64,000 nucleotides of DNA from Mustelus asterias (lineage: Eukaryota): positions 372,001-436,000 of the forward strand of contig NW_027590185.1 of NCBI RefSeq assembly GCF_964213995.1. The letters run 5' to 3'. Position 1 is the first letter of the stretch. Each line of letters starts with the position of its first letter. The notes under the pieces are model-generated. The model saw nothing but the letters and a program-made list of their open reading frames with translations. It searched no databases and was not told where the DNA came from. Both the position numbers and the translations under genes were made by a program. Shown here one piece after another: positions 62,956-64,000 of the stretch.

Positions 62956-63229
62956 CTACAGATATCCATTCATCTGGTTCTCCTCTCCGCGATTGTTGCC
63001 TTCGGATTCTTCTGGTATTCCCACCAGCTGTTCATCTTCGATGACCATGTTGACTCCTGGCACGACTTGAGCCTCCATTGTCTCATATATTTCTTCTCCG
63101 GTGCTCACGCTGGCTCCGGGCATGTTTCGAGCGATTATAACTTTACAGCAGTTATTAAGGCAGCCAATAATCAGACAGGAAACAACTATGATTACAACAA
63201 GAGAAATTAATCATAGAAAGCTTAGTGTT
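62956..63229 (-). pseudogene. env: env TM and cytoplasmic tail of a second ERV
   Basis: LISLVVIIVVSCLIIGCLNNCCKVII followed by an acidic tail and TAG, just upstream of the PPT and LTR. Confidence 0.6.
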
Positions 63230-64000
63230 AACATAGAACATAGAACATTACAGCGCAGAACAGGCCCTTCGGCCCACGATGTTGCACCGACCAGTTAAAA
63301 AAAAAACTGTGACCCTCCAACCTAAACCAATTTCTTTTCGTCCATGAACCTATCTACGGATCTCTTAAACGCCCCCAAACTAGGCGCATTTACAACTGAT
63401 GCTGGCAGGGCATTCCAATCCCTCACCACCCTCTGGGTAAAGAACCTACCCCTGACATCGGTTCTATAACTACCCCCCCTCAATTTAAAGCCATGCCCCC
63501 TCGTGCTGGATTTCTCCATCAGAGGAAAAAGGCTATCACTATCCACCCTATCTAAACCTCTAATCATCTTATATGTTTCAATAAGATCCCCTCTTAGCCG
63601 CCGCCTTTCCAGCGAAAACAATCCCAAATCCCTCAGCCTCTCCTCATAGGATCTCCCCTCCATACCAGGCAACATCCTGGTAAACCTCCTCTGCACCCTC
63701 TCCAAAGCCTCCACATCCTTCCTGTAATGTGGGGACCAGAACTGCACACAGTACTCCAAGTGCGGCCGCACCAGAGTTGTGTACAGTTGCAACATAACGC
63801 TACGACTCCTAAATTCAATCCCCCTACCAATAAACGCCAAGACACCATATGCCTTCTTAACAACCTTATCTACTTGATTCCCAACTTTCAGGGATCTATG
63901 CACACATACACCTAGATCCCTCTGCTCCTCCACACTATTCAAAGTCCTCCCGTTAGCCCTATACTCAACACATCTGTTATTCCTACCAAAGTGAATTACC
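63230..64000 (-). mobile_element. Young CR1 LINE 3' part (runs off window)
   Basis: Open ORF2 C-terminus 63322-63942, (TTCTATG)n tail. Confidence 0.92.

Overview
Eukaryotic DNA from a cartilaginous fish (shark-type HE1 SINEs, CR1 LINEs and Penelope elements), covering part of the T-cell receptor alpha/delta V region. The left 15 kb holds two NAR-TCR cassettes (leader, IgNAR-like V, J, leaderless supporting V-delta) in tail-to-tail inverted arrangement. The + strand copy is a pseudogene and the - strand copy looks intact. Both NAR V segments end in a 12-bp-spacer signal (intact in the - copy, degraded in the + copy) after a long CDR3 extension, with no free D segment visible. Each supporting V is followed by a tandem array of 61-bp units, each containing a 23-RSS (6 + 5 units). 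The two arrays meet at about 10972, where the next heptamers would begin, which resembles a fossil germline RAG coding joint or hairpin. Five conventional TCR V pseudogenes follow (16.7-31.2 kb). The last is cut by a ~12 kb endogenous retrovirus (tRNA-Phe PBS) whose LTRs are divergent and have non-matching flanks. Beyond 43.5 kb there are only LINEs, satellites, SINEs and the 3' end of a second ERV. Penelope terminal repeats carry minimal hammerhead ribozyme motifs. All coordinates were read by eye, and repeat boundaries are approximate.
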